From positions 5,410,707-5,474,706 of the forward strand of contig OZ037767.1 of the NCBI GenBank assembly GCA_964035545.1: a stretch of 64,000 nucleotides of DNA, read 5' to 3'. The notes below the pieces were generated by a model. That model ran no database searches and was not told where the DNA came from. It saw only the letters and a program-made list of their open reading frames with translations. Below, one piece after another: positions 1 to 18,094 of the stretch. Every line of letters starts with the position of its first letter. Within the stretch, counting starts at the first letter, position 1. The DNA comes from Bugula neritina. Its lineage: Eukaryota > Animalia > Bryozoa. Made by a program: the position numbers and the translations under genes.

Positions 1-70
1 AATTAAGTATCATATTTATGGCTCTGCTAGTATAAGTTATCCAACTCTGTGTATATTTTTCTAGGCTACC

Positions 71-200
71 AGAGGTTTGTAGTTGTTGGCAGTGGTTGCC
101 AGTAGTTTACTGTGATTGACAGTGGTTTGCTGTAGATTACTGTAGATTACTGTGGATGACAGCAGTTTGCTGTAGATTGCAGTGGTTAGAAGTGGTTGCC
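71..200. repeat. Degenerate 10-bp tandem repeat (consensus about WGTRGWTTRC, ~13 units)
   Basis: Units AGTGGTTGCC, AGTAGTTTAC, AGTGGTTTGC, TGTAGATTAC x2, TGTAGATTGC and others in exact 10-nt register. Confidence 0.75.
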
Positions 201-381
201 AAACTGTTTTAGTGGATAAGACAAGTAAGGAGTGGTTTCGATGCATGACAAAGTATCTAAGTACAATCGTCAGGTGATCTGAGAACTTCAGTTATAGATG
301 CAGCAGCATGAACATTAACTGTATGGTAAGTGAAAACTTGGAGTTATATCATCCTACATTCTTACTAAAATTCAATTTTGG

Positions 382-560
382 GCAAGGGTATAGGTGCAGT
401 GAAGGAGAAATTGAAAAGATTCTGTGTTCTAGATTAAAAATTTAGCAAAATAAATAATGTTCTTGAAGGATTTTCAATTTGCGCCCCAAACCAAAATTTA
501 TTAATAAAATTAAAAAACTTAGGCCATATCTCTATTTCTCTACTATTCTTTCTAAATGGA
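382..560 (+). repeat. Dispersed repeat family R1, copy 1
   Basis: GTGCAG..GAAATTGA.AA...TGTTCT...CTTAGGCCATATCTC.ATTTCT is shared with 42686-42870 and, inverted, with 2750-2890 and 14466-14575. Confidence 0.7.
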
Positions 561-2749
561 GCATAGACTAGCAGTTTTACCTGTCAGTCATTACGTCGCT
601 AAATACTAAAACTAATCAATAAGTCTTTTAATTGGCTCAGGTTCCTTAAATGCTTAAATTTGAATCTAATATTGAATACGAGTTATACGACTTTATAGTT
701 CATACAAAGTTGAATACATTTCAACCCTATAATATTATTATATTCAAAACTTATTGAATAACTTGTTAAAACCTGATTTCTTTGAATAATCATTAGTTGA
801 CAGGACAAATGATGTGCCATCAACTTTGCTGATGTAGGATTAGAGTTGAAAATCAGTATAGTTCAATTGATTCTTATAGTTGGGTTGAATCATCTTTTAG
901 TGGCTGTAGAAATGCTAAAATGTAGAAATGCTTTAAATGGTAAATTATTTTAATATTTAATGCTAGGAAAAAGTCTGAAAAACATGGCCTTTCAGAACTT
1001 ACCTTATTTTCCAGCTTGATTTATCACAAACTGTGCTTTGCATATTACTTCAGCTTCGAAGTTTATAAGATGAACATCCATGTTGCAGTCAGTCCAAGAA
1101 TCTGTTGAGAATTGTTTAATAGTATTAAGTAACTATAATACTTATACTTATATTCGCTATCATTCTTTGGTTTTACCGCCAAGTTGCTGCTTTAATGAAC
1201 TGCTACAGTATAGATAAGGTGTATAGAATATGCTAGCAGTAACACGAGAGTTGTCAGCTCATGCTCTAACCAATAGTTTTATCTCACGAACAGGTTTTAC
1301 AAGCAGGAAGTGAGGCAGATGTAAACTATTGTTTGTTGTTTTGCGCAGTAGAGGTTTCAGCCTGGCAAATTAAGCAGACTGTTTTCCAGCCAAAAACCCC
1401 ATTTATCAATTAGCAGTCATTTCTGATAATAACGACCACATCGGTGCCATTGTTGCTTAATGTTGATAAATAATATAGTTTGAAGATAATAAAAGTTACA
1501 ACATATCCACCAAATTTTAAGCTACTGATACTAGTAATTATAATCAATAATTATGATATTGTGGTGATGATGACAATTGATTAACCTGCAGGTGAAGCTG
1601 TACGTATTCATAATAACCAATTAATTCACCTGCACTAATTTCTTATAACAATTTCAGCCTAATATATGAAACAATGTTTTTAAATAATAAGCTAATATCT
1701 GTTCCTTTTTGAAGTAGCACTATAATATGTATACCAACCTAAATAAAGAAATAATAGTAATGTTTTCATCCATTATATACAATATCTTTCAACATTTTCT
1801 TGACAGTCTTGTGACAGGGAATAAAATGGCAAATATGAAATTTGACTTAATTTAATTCAGCAGTTTTAATACTGCAAAAAATATAAAAATACGTTTTCAA
1901 GCTAAGCCCAAAGTATGACTGACATCTAAAAATTTATTATAATTTAACTAAAGGTACAAATTAATTAAAATTCTAATTAATAATTAATTATAATTACCAT
2001 TATAAAACTCCAATGAAGCCTTTAAGAGACTTGGCAATGCAGTCATGACATTTAACATAAATAATTTGTTTGACTTGAAGTTTATATTTATTTAGGATTA
2101 AAAGTTATGCCAACAAAGGCTATTGGCAGTAATTACTAATATTCATTACAGTGGCAGGTGTCAATATCAATATATTTAAAAAGTGAAAGAATTTTACAGG
2201 AATTTGCAACTTAGCCTCTTCTTTTTCTCTGTCATGTCCTTGCTTATAGCCTATAGATATTCATTAGACTTGCTTCTGTGAATGAATCAGTAATAGTTTT
2301 GCAAGCTCTGTATAGTGCAGCTGCATTTGATGAAGTGAAATTTCCACAATGTTTGTACTCAGCATTCGAAAGACATTTTGCTCTATTCATGCAGTTTGCA
2401 CATTATATATTAGGGGCTCCCTTAACCTTGATTCTCAGACTGTTGGGGTGGAGAAGTTTTAAAACAATTTAAGAAGTACAGCTTAAGATTAACCTTAAGC
2501 TATTCTAGCTTATAGCTATCAGTAATATTGTTCAAGCAACGTTTAATTCTTATTATACAATTTATTAGTGTAATATACCAGTTAGACTAATCTTATAATA
2601 CCTACAAATAGTAGGAGATTTTACATGCCTTATACCAAATGGCAAGGGTACTTAGGCTACAAATAGAATTAAGAGACTACTGCAAGTTGTTCAATAACTT
2701 TTGTTGTAGTTTGATACTACAAGCTAATAGGAAGCAGAAATTTTAATAG

Positions 2750-2890
2750 CCTAAGCGCCTTAACCTTCTAATAAGTTTTCTGATTCAGATGTGGGGTTTG
2801 AAGTTTTTAGCTTTTAACATAACGCTGTTTTGTTTCTTTTATGAGTTAGATTCTAGAACATAAGCTTTTCTCAATTTCCGAATCACTGCA
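2750..2890 (-). repeat. Dispersed repeat family R1, copy 2 (inverted)
   Basis: Reverse complement reads GTGCAGTGATTCGGAAATTGAGAAAAGCTTATGTTCTAGA...CTTAGGC. Confidence 0.65.
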
Positions 2891-3044
2891 CAGCACTGCT
2901 ACAGCTCTGAAAGCATGCTGGATAGAAAGCAATACCTGGCTATATATGTAAAGCTGCAGTGCAGTACACAGCTTGCAATTAGATGGCATATATTTATTAT
3001 GGAAATTTACTTGTTTTTTATTTTGCAGATTTTACCCACAGCTT

Positions 3045-5850
3045 ATGTACAGAACAATATCAAAAAGACTGAATATGAGGATTACGTTGAGGTTACTTTT
3101 AGCCATCTATCTGCTGCACAGCTCTCTGTGTTTAGATGCCAACTATTCCCTAGCAATGACCTACCTACAGCTACATAACTACCTGCAACTACAAGTATGT
3201 GACTCTATAATGTCTGCTGCTATGATGTGGATATCCAATTTAATAGCTATTTCACCAATAACAGTTTTTTTTAGTAAAATTAGCAATGAACTGCTACATA
3301 TGAATATATATTATTATTTGATTTTAATTAATAACGTTATTGGAAGAGATGCATTAAGCAAGGCCGTTATAATCAAGCGAAGAGAGCATTACTTAATGTG
3401 TATTCATTTTAAATTTATCCAAATGAATAAATTAGAAATTTATTGACATTGATTTATAAAAGCTCAACAGAGCTTTAGGAAACAGAAATGACACTATTTG
3501 CAATGAAAAACAAACCGGTCTTTCCTGCCCATAGCAACCTAGCCCATCTTATTTTAATAATGATAAACAATGGTGTAAGATTTATAACCAATGTTTCCTT
3601 GTGTGAGTGATAACTTTTCCGCAAGCATTGGTCTGTAAAGCAGTACATATTTAATAACTATACACTTTTTTTGAATAATCAAGAAGAGTTAAAGCACCTT
3701 AGGACTTCGATGCACAGTTAAGTGGCAAAGCACTCAGACAATGTTTTTGTCTCCCTTCAGACTGATCAGCAAGAGCTGTCAGATGATCAAACTAAAGAGA
3801 TTTTGTCTGAGCCAATAAGAATCTTCAAAAGTTACCATCACCTTGAAGATGATGGTGAGTTAAATCATTCATTGCTGCAATGCAATAACTGAAGGGTAAA
3901 GTTCCACTCATCCACGCCTTTGATTTTATTGTTTAAACAATATACATAATATAGAGATGATGTATATAGGCTATAATGACATGTATTTTGCTGGTATTCC
4001 AAGGTATATCCGTTATTTTGGGACTTTTTGGAGAGCATGAGCTTAAAATATTTTGGCAGATTGTCATGCAACTGGAATGAAAATTTAATAACAGTTGGCT
4101 AGACAAGTGATTAAAGACTACATTCCAGTAATTAAGTGAAACAGACTATAGTTTCATGACAAAATTGCAAAAATAGCATTTGGTACCTAAATTAGATAAG
4201 ATTTTGGGTTAATAAGCAATACTTCCTACTATTTGGCATATTCACATTAATAATTCTTAAAATAAGTGCAGCTTATAGAAAGCATAATAACTCTAAAGAG
4301 TTTTGTTTAGATATACTGGATGAAGACACCCTAAATTTAATGAAGCTGCCAAGGTGTGGGAACAAGGACAAAGTTGAACCCATCTCCTACGTTTTAAAGG
4401 ACAATCGACTTGTCAAGAAACAATCTTACGTAAAAATCTCTGAAGTCCCAACCTGGGATTCACCGGAATACAACTTCAAGTTCCCTCTAACCATTGGCTA
4501 CAGGAACTACTCAACCAAAATGTCAAAATCTGATCAGATTGAGGCTCTGCTTCACTGTGCCACAGTAGGTTCTGCAGCGGATGTTTTAAATAGTTTAGTA
4601 TAATTTCAAGTAAATATGCTATTCCTTATAGTATCTAGTTGGCTATATAATAAGCAGCACAATTGATCCCATGCAGTATGTAGTGCAAATCATATAAGAA
4701 TTCAAGTTCATACCATTTTCATCTAAACAAAGTTTAAAAGCAATTTGATTTGTTTTGAAATATTTAAAACTATTCATGGTTTAAACATCTAGAATATATT
4801 TTTGTTATTTATATTGAGTTAGGCGAAATGTGCAGAAAACAAGAAGGTTACCTAAATCAAGTACTAATCGGTCACTATTTACCTTGGATAATGTGTTTAC
4901 TTGTAAACAATATTTCCCATTATACTTTTATATAGTATAGTAGGTGTTATCCAAATATTTTTAAAATAACTAGAGCACTTAATACACATACTAAAGGTAA
5001 TTACATGAGTACCTAATCAACCTTTAACTTAAAGTTTTACAAAAGTTATAAAGTACTGTTTAGTTTGATGTTTTGCAAGAGAATGTTTTAGATCTGGGCT
5101 GAAAAGTCAGGATTATCATTTAAATATATTCGAAATCAAGTGGCCAATGTATACGTTAGCTTTGTACCAGCCTTCCCAGCTGATCCGGGGAAGCTAGGAA
5201 TTCTGGCTCAAGCTGAATCTCCAACACCTTTTTTACAACCGGCTTCTTCTAAAATAGATTTTGATGCCAGAGAGAATTGGGTAGACAAGTGGAAACCTAA
5301 TCTTCCAGGTGGGTATACTCCGAGTAAACAATATTCAATATAATATATTTCTGACATGTAAATAGGGCAACTTTTAGCAACATTCTTAAAAGTCTTGATT
5401 GCTTCTCATCATTCTTACATTGTAGAAGAAAAAAATTATTCTACAGCAAATTGGCCCATCTCTAAAGTTAACAATATTCCTCCTGCATTTTTTTAATATT
5501 ACTGCTTTACAACTATTGTAGATTTGAGTTTCATAAACTGCAAAAACAAAAATTAAAAAAGCTTTTTCAAGCTATACGAGTATTCATATGCTTTTTTAGA
5601 TGATGTGGTAATTTTTCAAGCAGTTTTGTGTCACGAATTGGGTCACACCCTCGGCCTCGGGCATTCTGAGGTGAAGAATGCAGTTATGCATGGCATACTA
5701 ATTGAACAGACTGGCGAGGTCACTCTGCATGCAGACGACATTTCTGGAATTAGGTCATTATACGGATCATCAAATGGCAAGGTAACTATACAAACTTATC
5801 CATCAATATTAATATGGAAATCAAAATACCTCTTATAATTGTATAGAGTA

Positions 5851-5926
<76 letters not shown>

Positions 5927-6375
5927 TGTGGTGTGTGCGCGCGCGCTATTTTAGCATCAAAGCTAAACTATAAAGTGAATATAGTATTAGATTGCTGGAT
6001 AAGCAGTGTGTTGCACTTTTTACAATTTTGAAAGTGGTTAAACTGCACTGTAGTAAAAATAATTTGATAAAAGTTTTGCATATTTTATTTATTTACAAAA
6101 CAAAGTATGTAATTCTAGTACATCAAAAATTGATAGTAAACAATAATTGGATAATTAGAAATATGATATTAAAAGTAGCGAAATGCAATCTGTTTTTATA
6201 GACTCTGGTAGCATCTGGTAAAAATAAAGCTTATAGAAAAATGCAAAGGAAATTTAAAGGAAAAAAAGCTCAAGGAAAAGTAAAAAAGCCACTTAGAAAT
6301 AAAAAAAGAAGTACGAGCAACAGAAAAAGACAGTCCAGGAGAAAAATTAAAAAGAAGAGACCAAAAAATCGTTGA
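3045..6375 (+). CDS. Matrix metalloproteinase paralog A (M10A, minimal-domain, no hemopexin, Lys-rich tail), ~346-356 aa
   Basis: Exons 3045(or ATG 3075)-3194, 3761-3854, 4311-4564, 5092-5308, 5600-5781, 6202-6375. All introns are GT-AG with phases 0,1,0,1,0 and join into one open frame. Hydrophobic signal-like N-terminus MRITLRLLLAIYLLHSSLC, cysteine switch PRCGNKD, zinc motif HELGHTLGLGH, Met-turn AVM, helix C DDISGIRSLYG, then a 57-aa K/R-rich last exon ending TGA at 6373-6375. Confidence 0.92.
5853..5946. repeat. (GT)n(GC)n microsatellite, intron 5 of MMP A
   Basis: Directly visible. Confidence 0.95.
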
Positions 6376-7421
6376 TCAGGAACACCAAGAGAACAAGGAT
6401 CTTCGAAAGAGGAAAACATAAAAATTAAAATCAATCTAATTTTTTACATAGTAATATTTATTATTCTACGCTTTAAGCTTTTGGTTATACTGCAAAAAGA
6501 TAAATTCATTATAGGAAGCTTAACCTAATCTTTTATGACTTTCTCCTGCGAACAATTGTTTTCCCTTTTCTGTACACGTATTGCAGTTATCAATATAGTT
6601 GGACCAGGGCCATATTTTTGTATAAAGTTGTTTTCTAAATCTTTTTGGGTTGTATTGGTGTTCCTAATCAGCAACACGTGCACTGAAAATAATGAAACGC
6701 AGCAGAATGGAAAAAGAAAATTGAATTCCTTGCCTCTCATACCATGACTACATCTTAAATTAAACATAATCATTTTTATGGGAAAATAATGATCGCACAT
6801 TTATCAACATATTATTAAGAAGGTCTTTAATCATAATTATGATAGAGGTTTACTTATGTTGATATAAAACCAAGTTTTAGAGATGTCAATTAGAGACTGA
6901 CTGAGATTGATATTTTTTATTATCAGAGACATTGATTGCCTTGAAGGTATAAGGCATTAAATGATTCACTGGTGCCAAAGTCAATTTAAATAGATGTTCA
7001 GACATTTATAGAGCACTAGACTGACATAGCTGAACACAAGTTGTCATTCCATAAAGGTAAGACCTCTAGTTATATGGAGATACCACTTATATGTATAGTG
7101 AATTGATTCAAAATATTTTTACACAAAAGCTGTAAGATACGTTATTACTATATAAATAAGATGTAATTGCATAACATAGTTCTAAATTTTTTAGCTAAAA
7201 ATGATTGGTAATTTGTTTTTAACAATTAAACATCTTTTGCGGTTAAAAAACAAAATATGATTGCATTAGATTTGTATCTCTAAATAAAGATGCATCTTGT
7301 GTTTGTGCAAATACTATATTTGCTACTTGCTTTGTAACTTTAATATAGTGTATTATTACTTAAAACCCTTGCAATACATTTTTGATATATTTGAATAAAC
7401 TTTGTGATGGTTTTATGTATA

Positions 7422-7848
7422 TGGGTCATTTTACTTATTTTAGCACACACTGGAAATCTCCATTTTTTAGCTATTTTTCACAAATTAACTGCTAATGAAC
7501 AAGAGCTTTGGCCCAAAACTAGTAAAATATGAATGAATACACCTAAATAATCAAGGTTCTAAATTTTGCTTTATTTGCCATGTTTTTTCCTAATTATTCA
7601 GCTACTTTTGATTGCAGAGTATTATGAAAAAACCATTACTCTCCAAAACCAAAAGTAGCTGAATAATTAGAAAGGAACATGGGAAATCAAGGAAAATTAA
7701 GAAGAACCTTGATTATTATGTGTGTTCATTTATACTTTACTAGTTTTGGGCAAAAACCCATGTTCCTTAGCAGCTAAAAATTTGTAAAATATATAGCTAG
7801 AAACTGGAGATTTTCAGTGTGTAGTACTAAATTAATTAAAATGACCAA
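7422..7848. mobile_element. Foldback MITE with ~200 bp imperfect inverted arms and TA flanks
   Basis: Ends TGGGTCATTTTA...TAAAATGACCAA. Internal arms are complementary (CTAATTATTCAGCTACTTTTG / CAAAAGTAGCTGAATAATTAG; AATAATCAAGGTTCT / AGAACCTTGATTATT) around a ~17-nt spacer near 7621-7637. TA on both sides. Confidence 0.8.
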
Positions 7849-8290
7849 TATGTCAATATTCTCATTATTAGATACACAGAGGCAACAGGCCATTATTTAT
7901 GCAAAATGTACATATCATACTTTGTAACATAATCTATACAAATGCTGCCACGTTGCAATTGACAGAATTTCAAATTAAATTAGTAAATATTACTAGAATA
8001 TATAATTGCATATATAGCTCAAATATACAATTCAATCTACTATACTTACTCTATAAAATTCAATCATGTCTATATTGGTGTTTTTGTACATTTTACAGTA
8101 TATGTTGGCTTGTTTGTATTTTCTTGCATAAATGATAAATCTAGTTTATTTAATACGAACAAATATGTGCATACATGTGAATTTTATCACATTTAATGAT
8201 TGCAATTTTTTAAAACAGGTATCTTTTAAAACATATTACTTTTACATATTATTTCTAATGTTTAAAAATTGCTATGTTTAGGGATTTAGT

Positions 8291-11200
8291 ATGATGAGAA
8301 GCTGGCTGCTGTATCTGGCAATAGCTTCCATCTGTTTAAGAAATCACGGAGCTGCTAGCCCTGTGAATACATATAAAGATGTAGCTGAATACTTCCGAAA
8401 ATACTACAACTTTCCCTGGCCGGTGAGCTAATCTCTGTGTTTAGCTGGTGAATTATCTGTATGGATATGTAGGCATGTGGTATTTTTAAAACTTGGCATT
8501 TATAATATCAAAGCAACCTTTAAATATAGTGCATGTTATTTTACCTGTTATCGGAATTGTTACAGAACACTTTTTCTCAAGAGGTAACAAAGTATAAAAA
8601 TTTGCAACAATTACCTTTATTCTTTACTGGACTTAATTAAACCTATTTAAGCTGTGGTAAAATTTCTATCATTTTACTAAAATATTTAATAAAGGCTGGT
8701 CATGAAAGTTGAACATGGAGTTATAATATACAAGCTTTTGGAGGTCAGTTACTTAAATTACTTTTGAAAGTTGTCCTCTCTTGGATGCATTTAACCATCA
8801 GTTCAAAAATCAATTTGCATGCGCTCACATAATAGCTATAAACCAAAAACCATGAAAAAGTTTTGATCTTTTCCTATTGCAGCACTTTTAAATCTTTCAA
8901 ATTCTGTACAAATACATTCAAAATGATACCTAAATTAATTCAAGGGCCTTTTAAAAATGGTTTTTTATCCAACCATTATTATTCTGGTTATAACTTGTAT
9001 ACGTAAAGATTAATAATATTATATAAAAAGTATTCTAATCACTGTAATTAGTTTTATGCTTTAGTCACTTACTGCATGTAGAGTTTCTGTTTGATATAGG
9101 CTGGGTTAAGAGCAGACTCATCTGAAGCAGAGTATAGAAGATCAGTGAGCACGAATCTGAAACTATTCAAAGAAACGTTCCGGCTGGGAAATGATGGTAG
9201 GTAACAAAAGTTTACCTGCTATATCATCTGTTTACAAATAGCAATGCTTATTTTACTCAAATTCTTAAAAATTGAGCACTTGAAAATTAGCAATAAATAA
9301 TAATAGAAAAGTTGAAAATTATTCACGCTAATCAAAATAGCATCTTGTACATAATAAAGGAAGATTCTACAATAGAGAATCAAAAATGATTTTAAAAGGC
9401 AATGTTCAGTATAATTTTTAATATGATAATTTAATCAGCTAGCAATACATCCATCTTTCACTTCTCCTCCCCGTGTTGAAAAAAATTATGTTTTAGTGTA
9501 CATACATAGCTTTGTCAGTAGGTTGAATGACTTTTATCTTCTGTAGTGTTTGGTGAGTATAACAATCCGCTTTACTATCTTCTATTTTTATCAATTTATG
9601 AGTGAATAGATGACAAACATTTAAATTCTAGTAAGAAACTTTCACTGAACATAATTTTATGCAAATACTATAGTACTTCTTCATTATCTATCTACACACA
9701 TTATAATTTTCTTTTGTATAAAGCTTTTAAAGCATTTTTTGGTACATAATTAATGTTTTCCTTAATAAATCTTGAATATAAAGTGCACATAACTCCAGTA
9801 ACATACACGAGTCTACCTGGAACTTAGCAGTAGCTATATAGCTATAAGTATATTATATTGTTCATACCTGTATATGTATTTAATCCTTATAATTGCTGAA
9901 CGGCCATTTATTTAGCTTATACCACATTACCCTTTTGACACTGGCTTGTGCCACATGTTAACTTATTAAATAATGCATCATTATTAGACAGGTGTTAATG
10001 GCTTAATTGGTAGCATTTATTTTATCTCTATAAACTCATAATTGTTTTACATTATTAAGTTCGATGATGGCAGTCATGTGATTGAGACAGTAGACCAGAT
10101 AATATTATATTGCCGTAGCCTCATTCGCAAGTCATGGTCTAGTGAACTGAAGATAGCATATTATAGTCTGCAAAGTTTTAATAGACAGTTCTGGTAGACC
10201 ACCTGTTGGGGAAAGGAATTGCTACGAGTATTAGTGAAGTATTGAAATATAACAATTAACCAGTGTAAAAGCAGTTTGGGTTGTACTTCATATGTTAAAC
10301 AGAAAGTTTTGCAAAGTTTGCCTGTAAATCATGTTTTGGTAGTTTGGAATTTTTTTTTAAAAAACAATGGTTCAACATATAACATATAACAGGTAAAGCA
10401 CACCAGCTGTTTCAAATAAACCACTGCTTTAGGTAATGTTTCTGATGGCTTAATGTTAATTAATATTTTAAGATATTCTGGATTCCAAAACCAAAGAATA
10501 TCTAAGTCGGCCCAGGTGTGGTAACAAAGACGCGTCAGTTGACTTGAGCCATTCTCGCAGTAGAAAGAAAAGATTTGCAGTGATTCCAGACTCATTCAGA
10601 TGGACTGATGAAGCCTTCAACTTTCAGCTGCCCGTTACTATTGGGTTTCGAAACTATACTAGAAAACTGTCCCGAAGAGATCAAGATGCAGCTTTGACAT
10701 ATTGTGCTACGGTAATTCAGTCAGCTGTTCAAATCACATGCATCTGACACATTATAAACAATTTACTTTAATTTTAGCACATATTATATGTTATACAAAT
10801 TTTGACTGTGTTTCACTGAAGTGATTTTTATATAGGCAACAAAAGTCTACTTTGCAAGTTTAACTGATTTTTTTTCGCAGAGCTACATATTTTTAAGTCA
10901 AAACATCATGTATTATATTGCTTTACTACACTATACTGTTTATACCATAAATTACCTACACAAAATATAACATTCTGGGAATGAAAAATGAAAAATTTAA
11001 TACTTTTTCTGTGGGGCTGCAAGCTGTGAAGCTAAGTTTTGTTATATATACTCATTTGTTAATATAAGTTTGTCACAAAGATTTTTAATTTTTTGATAAA
11101 TCATGAAGTTAGCTGCTCATATTTGTATTGATTTTTGTAGCAATGGTCACAGGTTTCTGGGATACATTTTCAAATTCGGAGTAACATTCGGACAAACATA

Positions 11201-12682
11201 TACTTGACCTTTGTCCGGAGTTTACCACAAGATCCAGGAGCAGGCGGTTCATTGGCTGCGGCTTTACCACCAACACCTTTCAGCAACCCTGCAAACCCCC
11301 TAGATATTGTTTCTGATATTTTGTTTGATGACAGGGAACAATGGGTACCAAGATGGTCTCCAGGCCTTCCTAGTATGTTAATCTTATTACAACTATTACC
11401 ACACAAGGATATCCACACTATTGGCTTCTGCTATATTTAGTTTTATAAGCATTTAACATGCTGGTTTATATCAATATAAGGCAATGCTTAATTATTTATT
11501 TCATGAATTAATATACCCAGAACTTTTATACAATATCATGACGTTGTAGTAACTGTAATGCATCTTTTATGCATTAAAAAATGAAAAAGTATATTTCTAG
11601 GAGGAGCCACGAGTTTCCAAGCCACACTTTGCCATGAACTTGGTCACAGTCTAGGCTTAGATCACTCCGCAGATCCTACTGCTCTAATGCGAGCTGTTTT
11701 AGAGGTCTCTGATACGCCAGTCACACTAGGTCGTGATGATATTAGAGGCATACAGTTTTTATATGGTCGCTCTAATGGCTTGGTAAGTTACACATTTGGG
11801 TCTTTCTACTTAATTTAGTGCACACTCGAAATCTCCAGTTTTTTTAGCTATGTTTCGAAATTTAGCTGCTAATGAATTGGGTATTTGCTCAAAGCATAAT
11901 AGAATTTTAATAAATATAACTAAATAATCAAGTTTATGTTTAATTTTGCTTAATTTCCCATATTTTCCCCTCATTATTTAGCTAATTTAGATTTGCGGAC
12001 CGTCACGGTTTTTTCGTGCCACATATATATAATATTAAGTGCATATGACAATGACGTATGCTTTAATGTTGGAGAATCCCCTTCCAGCATTTTTTGTTAT
12101 GCATAATGAGAACCAGCACATAAAAATATCACGTACAGTAAGTTTCAATGGATTTTGAGCAAACTGTAATGTTAGGTCATAATTTACTAATGTGTACTAT
12201 AAATGAAGTAGAACAACTCAATTATCAAAATAAGCTGCATAAACATATTTTCACATTGTTAACAGATGCAATTTATACTCTTTTCCCTTTTGCAGACTAT
12301 TTCGAACAGGTCGGGGTCTTCTTCTGCGACACAACGAAGGAGAGTCGCGCCACAAGTTCTAACGGTCTTGCCAGCTTCACAGCAATTAGTTCCAGCCTTT
12401 CCCGCTTCACAGCAATTAGTTCCAGCCTTTCCCATCACAACGAGAGTTTCTGTCTTACTGGTTCCTCGTTTCAGCAGGCGTCAAATTTTACTTAGTACTC
12501 GAAGAATTAGCAATATAAATAGAGGTAGAAGTATAACAGGTCTTCGAAGGCTGCAAACAGGCAGAGCTATTACAAATTGTAGAAATAGGAGACAAACAGG
12601 CACAAAAAGGAGAAACAATGCTCTTAGTAGAATAACGTGTCAAACTATAAAATCACTAAAAAGACAAAGTGTCAATGGCTAA
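8291..12682 (+). CDS. Matrix metalloproteinase paralog B (M10A, furin site, no hemopexin, Arg-rich tail), ~422 aa
   Basis: Exons 8291-8422, 9100-9196, 10473-10711, 11141-11372, 11601-11782, 12296-12682, with the same intron positions and phases as paralog A. Signal-like [23 protein letters not shown], furin motif RSRKKR|[12 protein letters not shown] (exon 11601-11782, absent from the ORF track), [14 protein letters not shown]. Confidence 0.92.
11797..12000 (+). mobile_element. Single-arm copy of the 7422-7848 MITE in intron 5 of MMP paralog B
   Basis: TGGGTC...CACACT.GAAATCTCCA.TTTTTTAGCTAT...CTGCTAATGAA...CTAAATAATCAAG is colinear with 7422-7620. Confidence 0.75.
12374..12433 (+). repeat. 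Exact 30-bp coding tandem duplication ([10 protein letters not shown] x2)
   Basis: GCTTCACAGCAATTAGTTCCAGCCTTTCCC twice. Confidence 0.95.
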
Positions 12683-13180
12683 ATTAGAGTTGCATAAAAA
12701 TTAGAATATTATCCTAGAAAATTTTTCATATCAAGTTCGGAAATGTTAAAACTATTATATAGTTGAAAACTGTTAGGACTATTAAATATACTCATTTTAT
12801 ATTCTGTCTGTACTCCTTAAGGCTGTGAGCTAAACTATATGTTATTAATGTGTTATTCAGTGCTTGCAATGAACAAAAAGATTATGTGGGTTATTGCAGC
12901 AACTTTGATGATTATTTTTTTTAAATATAAAATATATAGATAACTATTATTGTATTGAAAAAGTTGTGAAAATTGAAAGCTTTCACATCACTAAAGTTGA
13001 AAAATATAAGGCTATAGGAGTTGCTTTTTCTGTCAACAAAATAACTTTCTTCAATTAATTGTTACAGTATTATTATAGGAGGATGTTTTGTATTATACAA
13101 TTGCGTTGTTATATATGGCATTTCTGGTTTTGCAGTTGCATATGTATTTAGATTTTAAATAAAATCTCAATACGCTTGGG

Positions 13181-13232
13181 ATTGGCTACTATTTTCGGCC
13201 AATCAGATTCTAGAGACTAATGAGTCATAAAA
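13181..13232 (+). promoter_or_regulatory. Candidate proximal promoter of MMP paralog C: two CCAAT boxes, AP-1 site, TATA-like box
   Basis: ATTGG 13181-13185, CCAAT 13199-13203, TGAGTCA 13221-13227 and CATAAAA 13226-13232, all 85-140 bp upstream of ATG 13318. Confidence 0.55.
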
Positions 13233-13317
13233 TCACTTGAATTGTAATCCTGTTGCTGTGTGCTCCTTGAGTTCACTTTGCAAACTCTTCAACCTAAACT
13301 GGTTGCTAAATTACAAC

Positions 13318-18094
<4,777 letters not shown>

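Noticed and set aside
1003-1101. Minus-strand exon-like segment with good splice sites (SWTDCNMDVHLINFEAEVICKAQFVINQAGK)
   Set aside because: All three frames hit a stop within the segment and I found no partner exons; it may be UTR or chance.
12148-12495. 115-aa ORF overlapping the last exon of MMP B in another frame
   Set aside because: The phase-0 junction and the T-I/L start shared with the paralogs select the other frame, and this ORF has no recognisable features.
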